Source: an uncultured virus (IMG/VR IMGVR_UViG_3300047172_000194) (taxonomy: Duplodnaviria > Heunggongvirae > Uroviricota > Caudoviricetes). Taken from it: a stretch of DNA of 64,000 nucleotides. Shown here in pieces: positions 8,160-18,461 of this stretch. Position 1 is the first letter of the stretch. The number at the start of each line of letters is the position of its first letter. The position numbers and the translations under genes were made by a program. The DNA is taken from the IMG/VR virus record IMGVR_UViG_3300047172_000194, one strand, 5' to 3'. The notes under the pieces are model-generated. The model had not been told where the DNA came from. It did no database searches and saw only the letters and a program-made list of their open reading frames with translations.

Positions 8160-10961
8160 ATGAACGCCATCACGCCCACACAGGTCTCGAACAGCGGCGG
8201 CCACGCCGACAATCCTTTCGCCGCGGTCGCGAACGCCATGGTCCGCATCGGGTGGTCCCTGTTCCCGCAGGAACGCTGGGGGGCCCGCATGCCGTCCAAG
8301 GTGAACGGCCGTACGCTGCGCTGGCAGACCGACCACCACCTGTCCGACCGTCGCCCGACCGAGGAGGAGCTGCGCACGTGGTGCGCCCAGTGCCCGGCCG
8401 AGAACGTGGCCGTGGTCCTCGGAAAGGCGTCCGGCAACGCGTTCGTGCTCGACCTCGACATCACCGACGCCGCGCTCTGCGCACAGGTCCAGGCCATCGC
8501 CGAGGAGCACCTCGGGCCGACGGATTTCCGCCGCATCGGCCGCGCACCCAAGATTGCCCTGGTCTACAGGCACGCGGAAGGCGACGTCGTGGCGTCCGTA
8601 TCCCGAACACTGGCCGTCGAGGGCGAGGAGCGCCAGCTGGTCGAGGTCCTGGGCGCGGGGAAGGCGATCACCTTCCATGGCGTCCACCACAAGACCGGCA
8701 ACTTCTTCCGTTGGGTCGGGGACTGCACGCCGATCACCGACGGGCCCGCGTTGGCGCCGGAGGTGTCCTCGGGCCAGGTGAAGGCGTTCCTGGAGGCGGT
8801 CGAGGCTCGCTTTGGCTTCACCAGGGCGGCATCCAACCTCGACCACGCGGACTGGTCCGTGGCCGACGTGGGCCGGATCAAGGTCGCGACCGTCGCCACG
8901 GAGCACGAGGGCACCATCGTCGACGGCCGCGAGGACTTCCTGCGCGCGCTCGTCGTCGAGAACGTGAAGGTCAACGTGGACACGATCCGCGCGGCCAAGG
9001 GCGACGACGAGGCGACGTCTCAGGTTGCGGCCGACATCGGCGCGGCCGTCGCGGCGGAGTTTTCCCGGCGCGCCAAGCTCGACGGCCGGTGGGCCCCGGG
9101 CGCCCTGCCGAACGAGGTTCGCGGTCGCGTGGCGGCTGCCGTCCGCAAGGTCCAGTCGGGCGACCTGCTCAAGGACTTCATCTCGAACGACGAGCGCGCC
9201 GCCAGGGACGCCGCACGCCTCGACGAGGGCATCAGGGCCGCGCAGGAGCTGCGGGCGAACAAGCAGGCTGCCCAGGACCGTCAGGCGCGCCAGGAGGCGG
9301 TGGCGGCCGGTGAGGAGGTTCCCGAGGAGGACCTGCCCTTTCGCTGCCTCGGGCACGACCGCGGCGTCTACCACTTCCTCGGCCAGGGAGGACAGGTCCG
9401 GGAGCTCAGCGAGGGGCAGCTCGCCCAGCTGCCGTCCCTGCACGCCCTGGCCCCGCTGGAGTACTGGCAGGAGAACTACCACGGACCGAAAGGCGTGAAC
9501 GTCCAGGCTGCCGCCAACGCCCTCATCAAGGAAAGCCTCAAGGTCGGGATCTACCGTCCAGACCGCGTGCGTGGCAGGGGCGCCTGGATCGAAGGCGGCA
9601 AGCCAATCCTTCACCTCGGTGACCGCGTCCTCGTGGACGGGCGCTACGTGTCGCCGTCCGCCCTGCGCGGCAAGCACATCTACGAGAACACCCGGGCGAT
9701 CTGCGACGACCTCTTCGACGGCGAGCACGTCGTCGAGGAGCTGACCTCGGAGGAGGGTGCCCTGGTGGTGGAGCTCTGCTGCTCCCTGCCGCTCAAGGAC
9801 CAGCCGGGCCAGGGAAAGCTGCTCGCCGGTTGGGTCGTTACGGCGCAGGTATGCGGGTGCATGTCGTGGCGCACCCACGCCTGCCTCAACGGCGAGAAGG
9901 GCAACGGCAAGACGTGGGCGCTGGAGAACTTCATCCAACCGGCCCTGGGCGGCCTTGCAATCTGCGCGCAGTCCAAGACCACGGAGGCGGGCGTCCGTGC
10001 CGCGCTGGGAAGCGACGCCCGCCCCTTCGTCATCGACGAGTTCGATACGCAGAACAAGGCCGACCAGCTGCGCGTCCAGCAGATCGTGGACCTCGCCCGG
10101 GCCGCCTCGTCGGAGAACGGTGCCCCCATCCGGAAGAGCACCAAGGACCAGCGGGAGAAGACATTCAGCACGCGTGCCCAGTTCATGGTGTCCGCCGTCA
10201 ACCTGCCGATACACCAGGCGGCCGACGAGAGCCGGTTCGTGGTGTTCGATTTCCAGCTGCCGCCCGAGCACCTCCGGGAGGCGCAGTTCGACCGCCTGTG
10301 CGCCCTTCAGGCCGCGCTCGTGACGCCCGACTTCTCGGCCCGCCTCATGGCGAGGTCCCTCAGGCTCGTCCCGGTCATCAGGGAGAGCAGCGAGACCCTG
10401 GCCAGGGTGATTGCCCGCCTGTTCGGTTCCAGGCGCCAGGGAGACACCGTGGGCGTTCCGCTGGCGGGCTTCTGGTCGCTCACCCACGAGACCGCCATCA
10501 CCGAGGAGGAGGCCGTCGAGCTGGTGAAGAGCGAGAAGTGGATCGCCGACGCTGCCCACAGTGCCGGTAGCCAGCCGGAGTGGAGGCGCGCTCTGGACTA
10601 CATCATGCAGGTCCCGGTGCGCGTCATGGGGAGCAACAGGGACGAGGACATCCACATCGGCGTCATCGTGGACATCCTGGCACGCGGCTCGGCGACCGAG
10701 GCCGTGTGCACCGCCGAGGGGCCCCTGCGCCGGGCACTGGCCGAGCACGGCATCCGCGTCGAGGGCAGGCAGGTCGTGTTCGGGACGGGCTGTACGGCCC
10801 TGGCGGACGCGTTCGCCGACACCGACTGGGGACGGTCCTGGGCCAAGACCATCGGACGGGCGCCGGACGCATTCATGTGCGAGAAGACGAAGAAGTTCGC
10901 GGGCGCGACATCGCGTGCGCTGTCCATACCGCTCGAGGTCGCCTGCCCCCCGGAGGGCTGA
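8160..10961 (+). CDS. Bifunctional Prim-Pol primase / P-loop helicase
   Basis: N-terminal NVAVVLG..VLDLD; GEKGNGKT Walker A; VIDE Walker B. Confidence 0.85.
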   Translation: MNAITPTQVSNSGGHADNPFAAVANAMVRIGWSLFPQERWGARMPSKVNGRTLRWQTDHHLSDRRPTEEELRTWCAQCPAENVAVVLGKASGNAFVLDLDITDAALCAQVQAIAEEHLGPTDFRRIGRAPKIALVYRHAEGDVVASVSRTLAVEGEERQLVEVLGAGKAITFHGVHHKTGNFFRWVGDCTPITDGPALAPEVSSGQVKAFLEAVEARFGFTRAASNLDHADWSVADVGRIKVATVATEHEGTIVDGREDFLRALVVENVKVNVDTIRAAKGDDEATSQVAADIGAAVAAEFSRRAKLDGRWAPGALPNEVRGRVAAAVRKVQSGDLLKDFISNDERAARDAARLDEGIRAAQELRANKQAAQDRQARQEAVAAGEEVPEEDLPFRCLGHDRGVYHFLGQGGQVRELSEGQLAQLPSLHALAPLEYWQENYHGPKGVNVQAAANALIKESLKVGIYRPDRVRGRGAWIEGGKPILHLGDRVLVDGRYVSPSALRGKHIYENTRAICDDLFDGEHVVEELTSEEGALVVELCCSLPLKDQPGQGKLLAGWVVTAQVCGCMSWRTHACLNGEKGNGKTWALENFIQPALGGLAICAQSKTTEAGVRAALGSDARPFVIDEFDTQNKADQLRVQQIVDLARAASSENGAPIRKSTKDQREKTFSTRAQFMVSAVNLPIHQAADESRFVVFDFQLPPEHLREAQFDRLCALQAALVTPDFSARLMARSLRLVPVIRESSETLARVIARLFGSRRQGDTVGVPLAGFWSLTHETAITEEEAVELVKSEKWIADAAHSAGSQPEWRRALDYIMQVPVRVMGSNRDEDIHIGVIVDILARGSATEAVCTAEGPLRRALAEHGIRVEGRQVVFGTGCTALADAFADTDWGRSWAKTIGRAPDAFMCEKTKKFAGATSRALSIPLEVACPPEG

Positions 10962-10977
10962 TACCGAGCGGTTTTCA

Positions 10978-11017
10978 GGGGGCCGGGTGGGCGAAAGCTC
11001 CCCGGCCCCTTTCTTTT
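10978..11017 (+). terminator. Intrinsic terminator after primase
   Basis: ggggccggg...cccggcccc hairpin followed by tttctttt. Confidence 0.65.
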
Positions 11018-11340
11018 GTTCCACCTGGGGCCGTTTTCGCCGTCAACGTTTCCACTTTGTTACCGGTTAACCCTTTGAGAACGTTCAAAAGGGAACAAAG
11101 TAACAGGAAACAGGAATCTAACAGATATATACGAGGAGGGATGGGGGTTGGGGGAGAGCCCCTCCTTATGTACTTTATTTTCAGAAATAATGTTACTTTG
11201 TTCCCTTTTGAGGAAAATCAAAGGGTTAAGCGGTAACATTTGGTGGAACATGGGGTAACAATCCCCGGAACATGTTCCACCCAGGGGCTCGGCCCAGACC
11301 TGACCTTCCTTCACGGCTAGTTCCGCGCCGCAGGCGCCAT
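11017..11340. repeat. Palindromic AT-rich origin-like element, copy 1
   Basis: Inverted arms ~11048-11105 / 11191-11249; multiple TGTT[A/C]C; duplicated near 37.9 kb. Confidence 0.85.
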
Positions 11341-11428
11341 GCGGCCCGCACGATTTTCCTTCGTCAATACCTTGCCGCGTGGTATCAAATCTCCAAGAGC
11401 GGCGACGGATGCCCGGAGGTTTCCCTTG

Positions 11429-12280
11429 GTGACGAAGTCAACACGTCCGCCGGGGGCCTCGCGTTGGCCCAAGCTCCCCAAGGAGATCCAGTCCGCCCCT
11501 GACCATCGCTGGCAGCGCGGCTCCGAATACTCGGTCACCACGATCGCCGACATCGTCCCGAAGACCTTCCGCGCCGACGGCTCCGTCGTGGCACCCCCGC
11601 CCGAGGACACGCGCAGCATCCAGCGCGCCGACTCCGGCCTGGACCAGCTCCTGCGCAGCGGGAGAATAACCGGCACCGAGGTCGCCGCCGGTCGCAAGTT
11701 CGCCAGGGATTACGAGTTCGCGTTCCACGGCGCCAGCGACCCCGACCGTCGGCTGCACCTGGGCAGGTCCGAGGACGGCTCCGACTACAGCGCCCGCGAC
11801 CGATTCGAGTCCGCGAGGGTGGATGCCTCAACGCGATACCGGAAGGCCTCCACGGCCCTCGGGAAGGCCGCCACGGACCTCCTGCTGGCCTTCTGCGTGG
11901 AGGCCCTGAGCATGCAGGTGATCGCCGCCCGCGAGGTCGAGGCGACCGCCGCGAGGGAGATCTCCGAGGGCGTCCCCGCCGAGGAGCGCACCGATGTCGC
12001 GCCCGCCATCAAGGCCTACCGCCAGGGGCTGTCGTGGAAGCTGGCGGCCGCCCTGGAGCGGCTCGTCGAGCACTACGACGACGAGGAGCAGGCCCGCCGC
12101 CGCGTGCGCAAGCAAACCCAGTCCACAGGGGAAGACATGACCAAGCTGACAGCCGCCGACCGAGCGAAACCCGAATACCGGGAGCCCCACGACCGCGAGA
12201 AGGCCAGGCGCCTGCGCCAGCTCGAAGAACAGAAGGCCCGCGACGCCGCGAAGGCTGCCTCGGCAGGGGAGGCGGTGTGA
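11429..12280 (+). CDS. DUF6456-like putative transcriptional activator
   Basis: LDQLLRSGRITGTEVAAGRKFARDY and C-terminal AALERLVEHY pattern; GGAGG RBS before GTG 11429 (ORF open from 11339). Confidence 0.6.
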   Translation: MTKSTRPPGASRWPKLPKEIQSAPDHRWQRGSEYSVTTIADIVPKTFRADGSVVAPPPEDTRSIQRADSGLDQLLRSGRITGTEVAAGRKFARDYEFAFHGASDPDRRLHLGRSEDGSDYSARDRFESARVDASTRYRKASTALGKAATDLLLAFCVEALSMQVIAAREVEATAAREISEGVPAEERTDVAPAIKAYRQGLSWKLAAALERLVEHYDDEEQARRRVRKQTQSTGEDMTKLTAADRAKPEYREPHDREKARRLRQLEEQKARDAAKAASAGEAV

Positions 12281-12564
12281 TGAAGCGCATCGATCACCCC
12301 ACGGAGACCCGCGTTGCCGAAGGCGACTTCAACGGCATCACGGGCATGTTCACCGTTCCCCGCCTTCTGACCCGAGCCGAATATCGCGCCCGGGTCCGCC
12401 CGGTGCAAGAGGCCGCCATCGCCGCGGCGAGCATCAAGGGGAACCGGCACGAGCGCCGTCGTGAGGCCCGCATCGAGGGCGGCCGCCGCTTGAAGCTGGT
12501 CTACGGCAAGGTCCAGGCGTCCGCCGCGACCTACGAAACCTATGACTACGAGGTGGCGGCATGA
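12280..12564 (+). CDS. Hypothetical protein
   Basis: Start overlaps upstream stop; co-directional operon. Confidence 0.55.
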   Translation: MKRIDHPTETRVAEGDFNGITGMFTVPRLLTRAEYRARVRPVQEAAIAAASIKGNRHERRREARIEGGRRLKLVYGKVQASAATYETYDYEVAA

Positions 12565-12884
12565 TGACCCAGGACGAGTGGGCTGCTGTCGTCTCGCGTG
12601 TCGTCGCACCTCTCAAGGGCCGAACGATCACCGGCAAGCTGATGGAAGAGGTCGCGAGGGCGGTCAAGCACCTCTCTCCGGTCGGGATCAACATCTCGGT
12701 GTCGTCCGAACACCTGGGATGCGTGCTGGAGGTGTGGGCCTTCGACAACCTAGGTGAGGTCCGCATCGGTGACACCCTCGAGATCTATCTCGGGAAGATC
12801 GCCAGCTTCATGCATTTCGGGGAAGGCAAGTGGCAGGTCGCCGACGAAGCAGCCGCCCTGTCGGCAGGATGGAGGGCAGCATGA
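12561..12884 (+). CDS. Hypothetical protein
   Basis: ATGA coupling. Confidence 0.55.
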   Translation: MMTQDEWAAVVSRVVAPLKGRTITGKLMEEVARAVKHLSPVGINISVSSEHLGCVLEVWAFDNLGEVRIGDTLEIYLGKIASFMHFGEGKWQVADEAAALSAGWRAA

Positions 12885-13417
12885 GCACCCAGACGCACAC
12901 CCTCAAGGTCGAGGTCGACTACGTGGACCTGATCTCGAAGGCCCTGGCGGACAGCCTCGCCGGGCAGTTCTCGGGGCGGACCGTCAGGCGCGAGGAAATC
13001 GCCGATGCCGAGGTGACCCTCCGTGAGTTGCTGTCGCTGCTCAAGGACAGCATCGGGCGTCCGCCGCTTTGCCTCAAGCTGACGGGGTCAGACCTCGTCG
13101 CCGATGTCAAGCTGGCGCCCTCGACCACCGTGCTCGTCAAGGTCGCAACTCACGTGAGGGTGGAATCCAAGCACGCTGCCCTCGAGCGTGTCATGGCGGC
13201 CTACTTCGGCAAGCCGCTGTCATCGTTGCAGCCCTACCTGCCGGACCTGCACGCGGCGGTCCTGGCGGCCACCGGCGAACGCATCCATGCCGCCAACACC
13301 GGCCGGGAGCTGAAGGTCGCCATTAAGGACGGCGACTATCTCCTGGCATGCTCGGTGCCCCTGGTCTCCTGCCGTCCGGTGTCCGACGCGGATCTCGGCG
13401 AATGGTTGCGGTCATGA
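12881..13417 (+). CDS. Hypothetical protein
   Basis: GGAGG RBS, ATGA coupling. Confidence 0.55.
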   Translation: MSTQTHTLKVEVDYVDLISKALADSLAGQFSGRTVRREEIADAEVTLRELLSLLKDSIGRPPLCLKLTGSDLVADVKLAPSTTVLVKVATHVRVESKHAALERVMAAYFGKPLSSLQPYLPDLHAAVLAATGERIHAANTGRELKVAIKDGDYLLACSVPLVSCRPVSDADLGEWLRS

Positions 13418-13875
13418 GCTACCAACAGAAGGCCAAGGACCTGCTGGCCGACCATGGCGTGGGTGCCAGCCTCCGCCGCGTCTGGATGAGCAACGGCGAG
13501 TGCCATGTCCTCATCGAGTGCGGCACCGGCGGCAAGACGGGACGGCCGGGTGACTGCCTGACGATGACCGTCCGCGGCGGCCCTGCCATGGCGTGCGGGC
13601 TCGGCCCGTTCTCCACGCACGGTCTCCTGGGGTTCTCAGCAGATGGCCCGTTCACCTACGGTTCCGGCGACGAGGTCCAGGCGGGTTTGGCCATCGGCAA
13701 GGGCGACTACGCCGACCTGATCGTGGCCTACGAGTCCATCGTGGCCGCCGTCCACTCGCTGCCGGACCCCGCCAATGTCAGGGACATCGGCTTCGTTCTC
13801 GCCAGCGCCAACCGCGTCACGAACGCGGTGGACGCCTGGAAGGCCTCCGCCGTGAGGGCCGTCGAATGCCGATGA
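13414..13875 (+). CDS. Hypothetical protein
   Basis: ATGA coupling. Confidence 0.55.
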   Translation: MSYQQKAKDLLADHGVGASLRRVWMSNGECHVLIECGTGGKTGRPGDCLTMTVRGGPAMACGLGPFSTHGLLGFSADGPFTYGSGDEVQAGLAIGKGDYADLIVAYESIVAAVHSLPDPANVRDIGFVLASANRVTNAVDAWKASAVRAVECR

Positions 13876-14078
13876 GCCCCGCCCGCTACGGCATCCTGCA
13901 GCTGCGCCAGTTCGCGGTGTTCCACTGGCGCCTGGGACTCTTCGTCCTGCTCGCGCCGGTGGCCGTCGTCCTGGGCGGCCCATGGGCGGTCGCGGCGGCG
14001 GGTCAGGTGCCAGCGAGGGTTGGAGCGGCCTGGGACATGATCAGGGCCGCTGCGGCCTGGGGAGCGAGCCATGGTTAG
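13872..14078 (+). CDS. Small hydrophobic hypothetical protein
   Basis: ATGA coupling; hydrophobic stretch. Confidence 0.45.
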   Translation: MSPARYGILQLRQFAVFHWRLGLFVLLAPVAVVLGGPWAVAAAGQVPARVGAAWDMIRAAAAWGASHG

Positions 14079-14421
14079 AATCATCGTAGAGGACCTGCAC
14101 ACGTCTGTGACCGATGAAGGCAAGGTCGCGTGGACCCTATCGGCCCACGACGGTCCCGTCATCGCCACCGGGGTGTCAGACGACTCCCAGGCAGCACTTG
14201 AAGCCGCCGGGGAATGTCAGGGCCCGTGGGAATGGGATGCCAACGCCGACACATGGCGCCTGCCGCTGGGTGACGTCGAGCTCCGCGTGCAGCCTGGGGA
14301 GCATGGCTTCGACTGGACGGTCAGCCTGGGCTTTGCGGTCCTTGCCAACGACCGACACGCCAGCCTTCAGGCGGCCAAGGCGGCCGCGATTGCCTGGGTG
14401 AAGGAGGCTTCCCTTGGGTGA
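14071..14421 (+). CDS. Hypothetical protein
   Basis: Operon tiling with RBS. Confidence 0.5.
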   Translation: MVRIIVEDLHTSVTDEGKVAWTLSAHDGPVIATGVSDDSQAALEAAGECQGPWEWDANADTWRLPLGDVELRVQPGEHGFDWTVSLGFAVLANDRHASLQAAKAAAIAWVKEASLG

Positions 14422-14893
14422 TGCCATCCCGTTCCACAAGCAACTCGTCCGCCACGACCCCGCCAACGGGCGCCACGGCGACTGCTACCGCACGGCGCTC
14501 GCTTGCCTGCTCGGGCTGCGTCCGGATGAGGTTCCGCACTTCGCCGATGAGGCCGCCACGAAGGGGCAGTCATTTCAGCGCAAGGCGGGCGAGTGGCTCG
14601 CCGACCGCGGCCTTGCCCTGGTGCGCCAGTGGTATCCGGGTGGCATCGCGGACCTGCCCGGCATCCTGTGCCGCGTCGCCTGCGAGAACACGGGCTCCTA
14701 CTACCTCGTCACCGGACGCTCGCCCACCGGCGTGAACCACGTCGTCATCGCGCGGAACCACCGGATCGTCTGGGACCCGCATCCGGACGACGTCGGTCTC
14801 GTGGGGCCCTGCTTCGACGACCCCGCACTCGGCTTCCTCGTCGAATTCCTTGGCGTCCTCGGCGGAGCACCGGCCCTTAGGAGAGCAGCATGA
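14414..14893 (+). CDS. Phage protein, possible papain/C39-like fold
   Basis: GDCYRTALACLL...NHVVI...WDP (Cys-His-Asp order). Confidence 0.5.
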   Translation: MGDAIPFHKQLVRHDPANGRHGDCYRTALACLLGLRPDEVPHFADEAATKGQSFQRKAGEWLADRGLALVRQWYPGGIADLPGILCRVACENTGSYYLVTGRSPTGVNHVVIARNHRIVWDPHPDDVGLVGPCFDDPALGFLVEFLGVLGGAPALRRAA

Positions 14894-15285
14894 CCGAAGA
14901 CCAGAACCTGTTCAGCGTGGATCTGCGCAAGGAGGCTCCCGAGCCACGCCCCAGCTTCCTGCGCGCCGCCCTGGCGAGCTCGGGCAGCGGCATTGCGGCG
15001 GCCACCGACCGCGCGAGCCATGTTCGGGTGATGCAGTCCCGTCAGTTCGGGAAGAGCCTGACCGTGCTCGAGGTGGCCCGCGGCGTCGAGACCGCGCAGC
15101 TACAGGCGGAGGTCGAGGAGGCCTACCCGGCGTTCGTGGACGCCCTCGAGGACCAGCTCGCCGCGATGGCCAAGGAAAACGCGGGCACGCCGAACCTGGA
15201 CGCGGCGCTCCGCTACACGCGGCTCGAGGCGCTCCGGGCTGCGGTCGTGGAAATCAGGAAGATGGGAGAAGCCAACCATGCGTAA
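14890..15285 (+). CDS. Hypothetical protein
   Basis: AGGAG RBS, ATGA coupling. Confidence 0.55.
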   Translation: MTEDQNLFSVDLRKEAPEPRPSFLRAALASSGSGIAAATDRASHVRVMQSRQFGKSLTVLEVARGVETAQLQAEVEEAYPAFVDALEDQLAAMAKENAGTPNLDAALRYTRLEALRAAVVEIRKMGEANHA

Positions 15286-15502
15286 GTTCTTCGTCCAGAT
15301 ACTGGCCATCATAGGCACATGCAACCTTCCGTATCCGCACTGGTGGCTGGATGTCGACGGTTACATGGCTCACCAGGGCGTGCCGAATCTAGTCATCTTC
15401 GCGTGCTCCGTTTTCTACGTATTGGCGCTTAGTGATGCCATCCGGTGGATGAACGGCTCCGAGACGCTGTTCTCCTATTTCCGTGCTGCCAGGGAGGAGT
15501 AG
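15278..15502 (+). CDS. Small membrane protein
   Basis: Two hydrophobic segments; operon tiling. Confidence 0.45.
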   Translation: MRKFFVQILAIIGTCNLPYPHWWLDVDGYMAHQGVPNLVIFACSVFYVLALSDAIRWMNGSETLFSYFRAAREE

Positions 15503-15505
15503 GAC

Positions 15506-15817
15506 ATGACCAGGATGATACGGCGCTGCGCGGAAACCCGGTGCGGCTGGGATCATGGTGACCTCGATATCGCCTTCCAGATGTTCTCGTGCGGCATGGT
15601 CTGGGATGGCAACCTGACCAGCAAGGAGAGCCGCGACCACTTCGTGCGCAACGGCTATGCCGTCCGGCACGACGGCATGCAGTCCCTCACGGGCAAGGGC
15701 ACGGTCGCTTTCCTTTGCACGCCGAGGGTGTGGCGCTCGGCTTGGAGCCGCTGGCGCGGCTGGGAGCGTAATCCACTCGTCGCCGACGCCGCCCGCGTCC
15801 GTAGGGCTATGACATGA
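15506..15817 (+). CDS. Hypothetical protein
   Basis: GGAG RBS; tiling. Confidence 0.5.
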   Translation: MTRMIRRCAETRCGWDHGDLDIAFQMFSCGMVWDGNLTSKESRDHFVRNGYAVRHDGMQSLTGKGTVAFLCTPRVWRSAWSRWRGWERNPLVADAARVRRAMT

Positions 15818-16008
15818 CTAGGCACGTGCTCGAGACGGCATTTCTGGCGTTCTCGGTCGGCATCGCCGTCACCGCGGCGGCGCTCCTGTTCCGTGTCGAG
15901 CTCGCCCTGTCGGACGCCGAGGTCATGGAATGCGGCGGCTCGGGCGCGCTGCTCGCCGGTGGCGCCCGGTTGGCGTTCCTGGCGACCCGCAAGCCGGAGG
16001 ACGAGTGA
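15814..16008 (+). CDS. Small membrane protein
   Basis: ATGA coupling; hydrophobic. Confidence 0.45.
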   Translation: MTRHVLETAFLAFSVGIAVTAAALLFRVELALSDAEVMECGGSGALLAGGARLAFLATRKPEDE

Positions 16009-16009
16009 C

Positions 16010-16315
16010 ATGGATTACGTCACCATCCCCGGTGCCAACGCCGCGCCCGGCGCACCCAGGGACTGGAACCCGGAAATTCACGGCGAGTGCGGCGCGCTGC
16101 CCATCCGCGTGCATCCGTCCGAGGCCCTGGATGGCTCCGTGCCGGTGGAATACGTCGAATCCGCGTGGCGCCCCGACGCCGCCGACCTGAGCGCGCTGCT
16201 GTATGGCGGCCACGTGGTCCTTCGTGTGTTCGGGTGGCAGCCGCCGGTGGCGCTCTACGTGGAGCCCGCGGCGAGGGATGATGCCGAGGATGAGTGCCTG
16301 GAGGACGAGCCGTGA
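16010..16315 (+). CDS. Phage hypothetical protein
   Basis: GAPRDW..ECGALP..ESAWRP..QPPV pattern; GGAGG RBS. Confidence 0.6.
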   Translation: MDYVTIPGANAAPGAPRDWNPEIHGECGALPIRVHPSEALDGSVPVEYVESAWRPDAADLSALLYGGHVVLRVFGWQPPVALYVEPAARDDAEDECLEDEP

Positions 16316-16629
16316 TCGACTTCCTCACCCTGCCGAACCCCGGCGAGCCCGGCAACGACCTGCGCGGATATGACGCGCTCTATCGCCATGACCTTGCCAC
16401 CCTGCGCCAGTGCGCCCGCGCCAAAGGCGGCGTCGAGCACGGCAACATCGGCAACCTAGCGAGCTCGATGCGCCTCATTCGGGCTGGCCTCATCGTTAAA
16501 GTGCTCGATGCCGCAGGATCGAGGTTCTTATACGTCACGGCACTCGGCCGAGAGACCGTCCGGGTGAACGCCAGCTGCATCGACGGCAGCGAGGGGTTGC
16601 CGCTGCCCTATCGAAGGAGGCTCGCATGA
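16312..16629 (+). CDS. Hypothetical protein, possible winged helix
   Basis: RLIRAGLI...YVTALGR; GGAGG RBS. Confidence 0.5.
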   Translation: MIDFLTLPNPGEPGNDLRGYDALYRHDLATLRQCARAKGGVEHGNIGNLASSMRLIRAGLIVKVLDAAGSRFLYVTALGRETVRVNASCIDGSEGLPLPYRRRLA

Positions 16630-16801
16630 GCGATTCACTGATTTTCGCCCACATGGCCCGTAACAAGAAGGCGCTCGCCTACGTGATACTGAGCCGCGCG
16701 CGAAGCGGTGACGTCGCTGCGCAGATGTTCCTTGTAAAACAAAAGCTCGCCCGGCAGGCGATGTTAGTACGGCAGTCCGCCGAGGACAGCGGGAGGCTTG
16801 C

Positions 16802-17104
16802 ATGACCGTCCACCACGTCAGCATCCTGAGGCACATCAGGGTTCCGCCGTTCGTCCCCGGTCCAACGCCGCAGGCCCTCGCGCTTGATCTCGCCGTCAAG
16901 CGTGTCGCTCGGGCCCTGCTCGGGGTTCGTGCTGCCCTCCCGGCGAGCGACGGCCGGGAGTTCCCGGTCCTCACGTCCGACCCCGACTTCGACGACCTTC
17001 CCCTCGACCACACCGAGGGCACGGAGGACGACGACCTAACCCAGGAGGCCGTCCTGAGGCTGGCAAGGGCGGCGGTCATCGCGTGCGGGATAGCCGTATC
17101 ATGA
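16802..17104 (+). CDS. Hypothetical protein
   Basis: GGGAGG RBS. Confidence 0.5.
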   Translation: MTVHHVSILRHIRVPPFVPGPTPQALALDLAVKRVARALLGVRAALPASDGREFPVLTSDPDFDDLPLDHTEGTEDDDLTQEAVLRLARAAVIACGIAVS

Positions 17105-17544
17105 GCGTCAAGCTCGGCTTCGACCCCTTTGCCACCGTCCTGGAGGCCTTCGGCAACCTCTACCCGGACGCCGCGTGCGAGGTTTGGTTCGAGGAAACTC
17201 CCAAATGCCTATCATGCGGCGGTTTCGCCATGGTCAAGCCGGGCGCGCCATCCGTGGTGGTGATCGACATGAACGCTTCCGTGGTGGAGGCGACCGAGGC
17301 GCTGGCGCACGAGCTGGCCCATGTAGTCGCCGTCGGAGACGCTCACGGTCCCGTCTGGGCGGCAGCCTTCGATGCCATCACGAAGGAATACGCCCGCCTG
17401 GTCGGGGACGACCAACCGAACTTCTCGTCCGGTCTGGCTGACAAGCTCGGCAAGTCCGACGAGGCTGAGCCCCAGTCTTACGAGGAATGGCTCCGGGAGC
17501 TCGCCGAGGCCGAAGGATTCGACCTCATACCCAAGGCCGCCTGA
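17101..17544 (+). CDS. SprT-like zinc metallopeptidase-motif protein
   Basis: LAHELAH...HGPVW. Confidence 0.6.
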   Translation: MSVKLGFDPFATVLEAFGNLYPDAACEVWFEETPKCLSCGGFAMVKPGAPSVVVIDMNASVVEATEALAHELAHVVAVGDAHGPVWAAAFDAITKEYARLVGDDQPNFSSGLADKLGKSDEAEPQSYEEWLRELAEAEGFDLIPKAA

Positions 17545-17545
17545 C

Positions 17546-17818
17546 ATGCTCGACCGCCTCCGCCTCGCCTACGAGATCCACGCCGTTCTTGACCGCTCCC
17601 ACCGGCGGCTCGGCCTGACCTTCGAGGACTTCGCCACCGATCCGGCGCTTGGCGTGGACCGCGACGCCTACCTCCGCGCGGCCGATGTCGCGCTGCGCCA
17701 CGCCGGAGCCGCGTGCGACGACGAGGCGGACCGGCTCTCGGCAGGCTGGCGCGACACGACGTCGCCCGGCGCCCTGGCATGTTCCTCGGCCCTGGCGGCT
17801 GCCGGGCGCGGCGGCTAG
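17546..17818 (+). CDS. Hypothetical protein
   Basis: Operon tiling. Confidence 0.45.
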   Translation: MLDRLRLAYEIHAVLDRSHRRLGLTFEDFATDPALGVDRDAYLRAADVALRHAGAACDDEADRLSAGWRDTTSPGALACSSALAAAGRGG

Positions 17819-17827
17819 GCTGCCGGG

Positions 17828-18082
17828 ATGACAGACATCCCCGAAGACCCCAAGGCCATCGCCGACAGCCTCACGCCGAACCAGGCGAAGTGCATGCGGG
17901 TAACCCTGCCCAGGGCTGGCTCCAAGACCACCGATATCGAGGCCATGCTGGGAATACCACCGGACGAGTTTCCCCGGCTGCAGGACATGGGCCTGATACG
18001 CATAGTCGGCGTAGGGGCGACGCTGACACCGCTCGGCTTGCTGGTCCACAACGTCCTGGTGGGCGGTCTTCCGCCGACCTGA
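17828..18082 (+). CDS. Hypothetical protein, possible winged helix
   Basis: LQDMGLI...LTPLG. Confidence 0.45.
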   Translation: MTDIPEDPKAIADSLTPNQAKCMRVTLPRAGSKTTDIEAMLGIPPDEFPRLQDMGLIRIVGVGATLTPLGLLVHNVLVGGLPPT

Positions 18083-18084
18083 CG

Positions 18085-18408
18085 ATGCGCTCGTTCGTAT
18101 CTATCGGGCTTCCCGTCCACCCGCCGTTCCGCCAGTGGCTCGCCGACCGCCTCGACGAGCTGGCGGCCATCGCGCCTGCCACCGGCGAGTCGGTCAACGG
18201 GGAAGACATCGCGGACGCGGCGGTCGAGCTGGCGGGCCTCCTGCGCAGCGGCGGCACCAAGTTCAGCACCGAGGACCTCGTCTACGCCGCCCTGGGCGAA
18301 CACCTCGAGGCCATCGGCGCCCGGTGGCAGGATACGCCGGACGGCGCCTTCGCGGAGACCGCCACCTATCTCGGCCTATGGTTCCAGTCGCTCGCCTCGG
18401 ACGACTGA
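18085..18408 (+). CDS. Hypothetical protein
   Basis: Operon tiling. Confidence 0.5.
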   Translation: MRSFVSIGLPVHPPFRQWLADRLDELAAIAPATGESVNGEDIADAAVELAGLLRSGGTKFSTEDLVYAALGEHLEAIGARWQDTPDGAFAETATYLGLWFQSLASDD

Positions 18409-18461
18409 CGAAACCTTAGGTCTCAAGCTCCCTGCGTGGTATCGTTCGTGTGCCGCAAGGT

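Noticed and set aside
8151..11024. 957-aa minus-strand ORF, and similar long antisense ORFs at 3833-5401, 30070-31818, 39340-40866, 43619-45310 and 52593-54548
   Set aside because: Shadow frames opposite well-supported genes in high-GC DNA, with no recognisable motifs.
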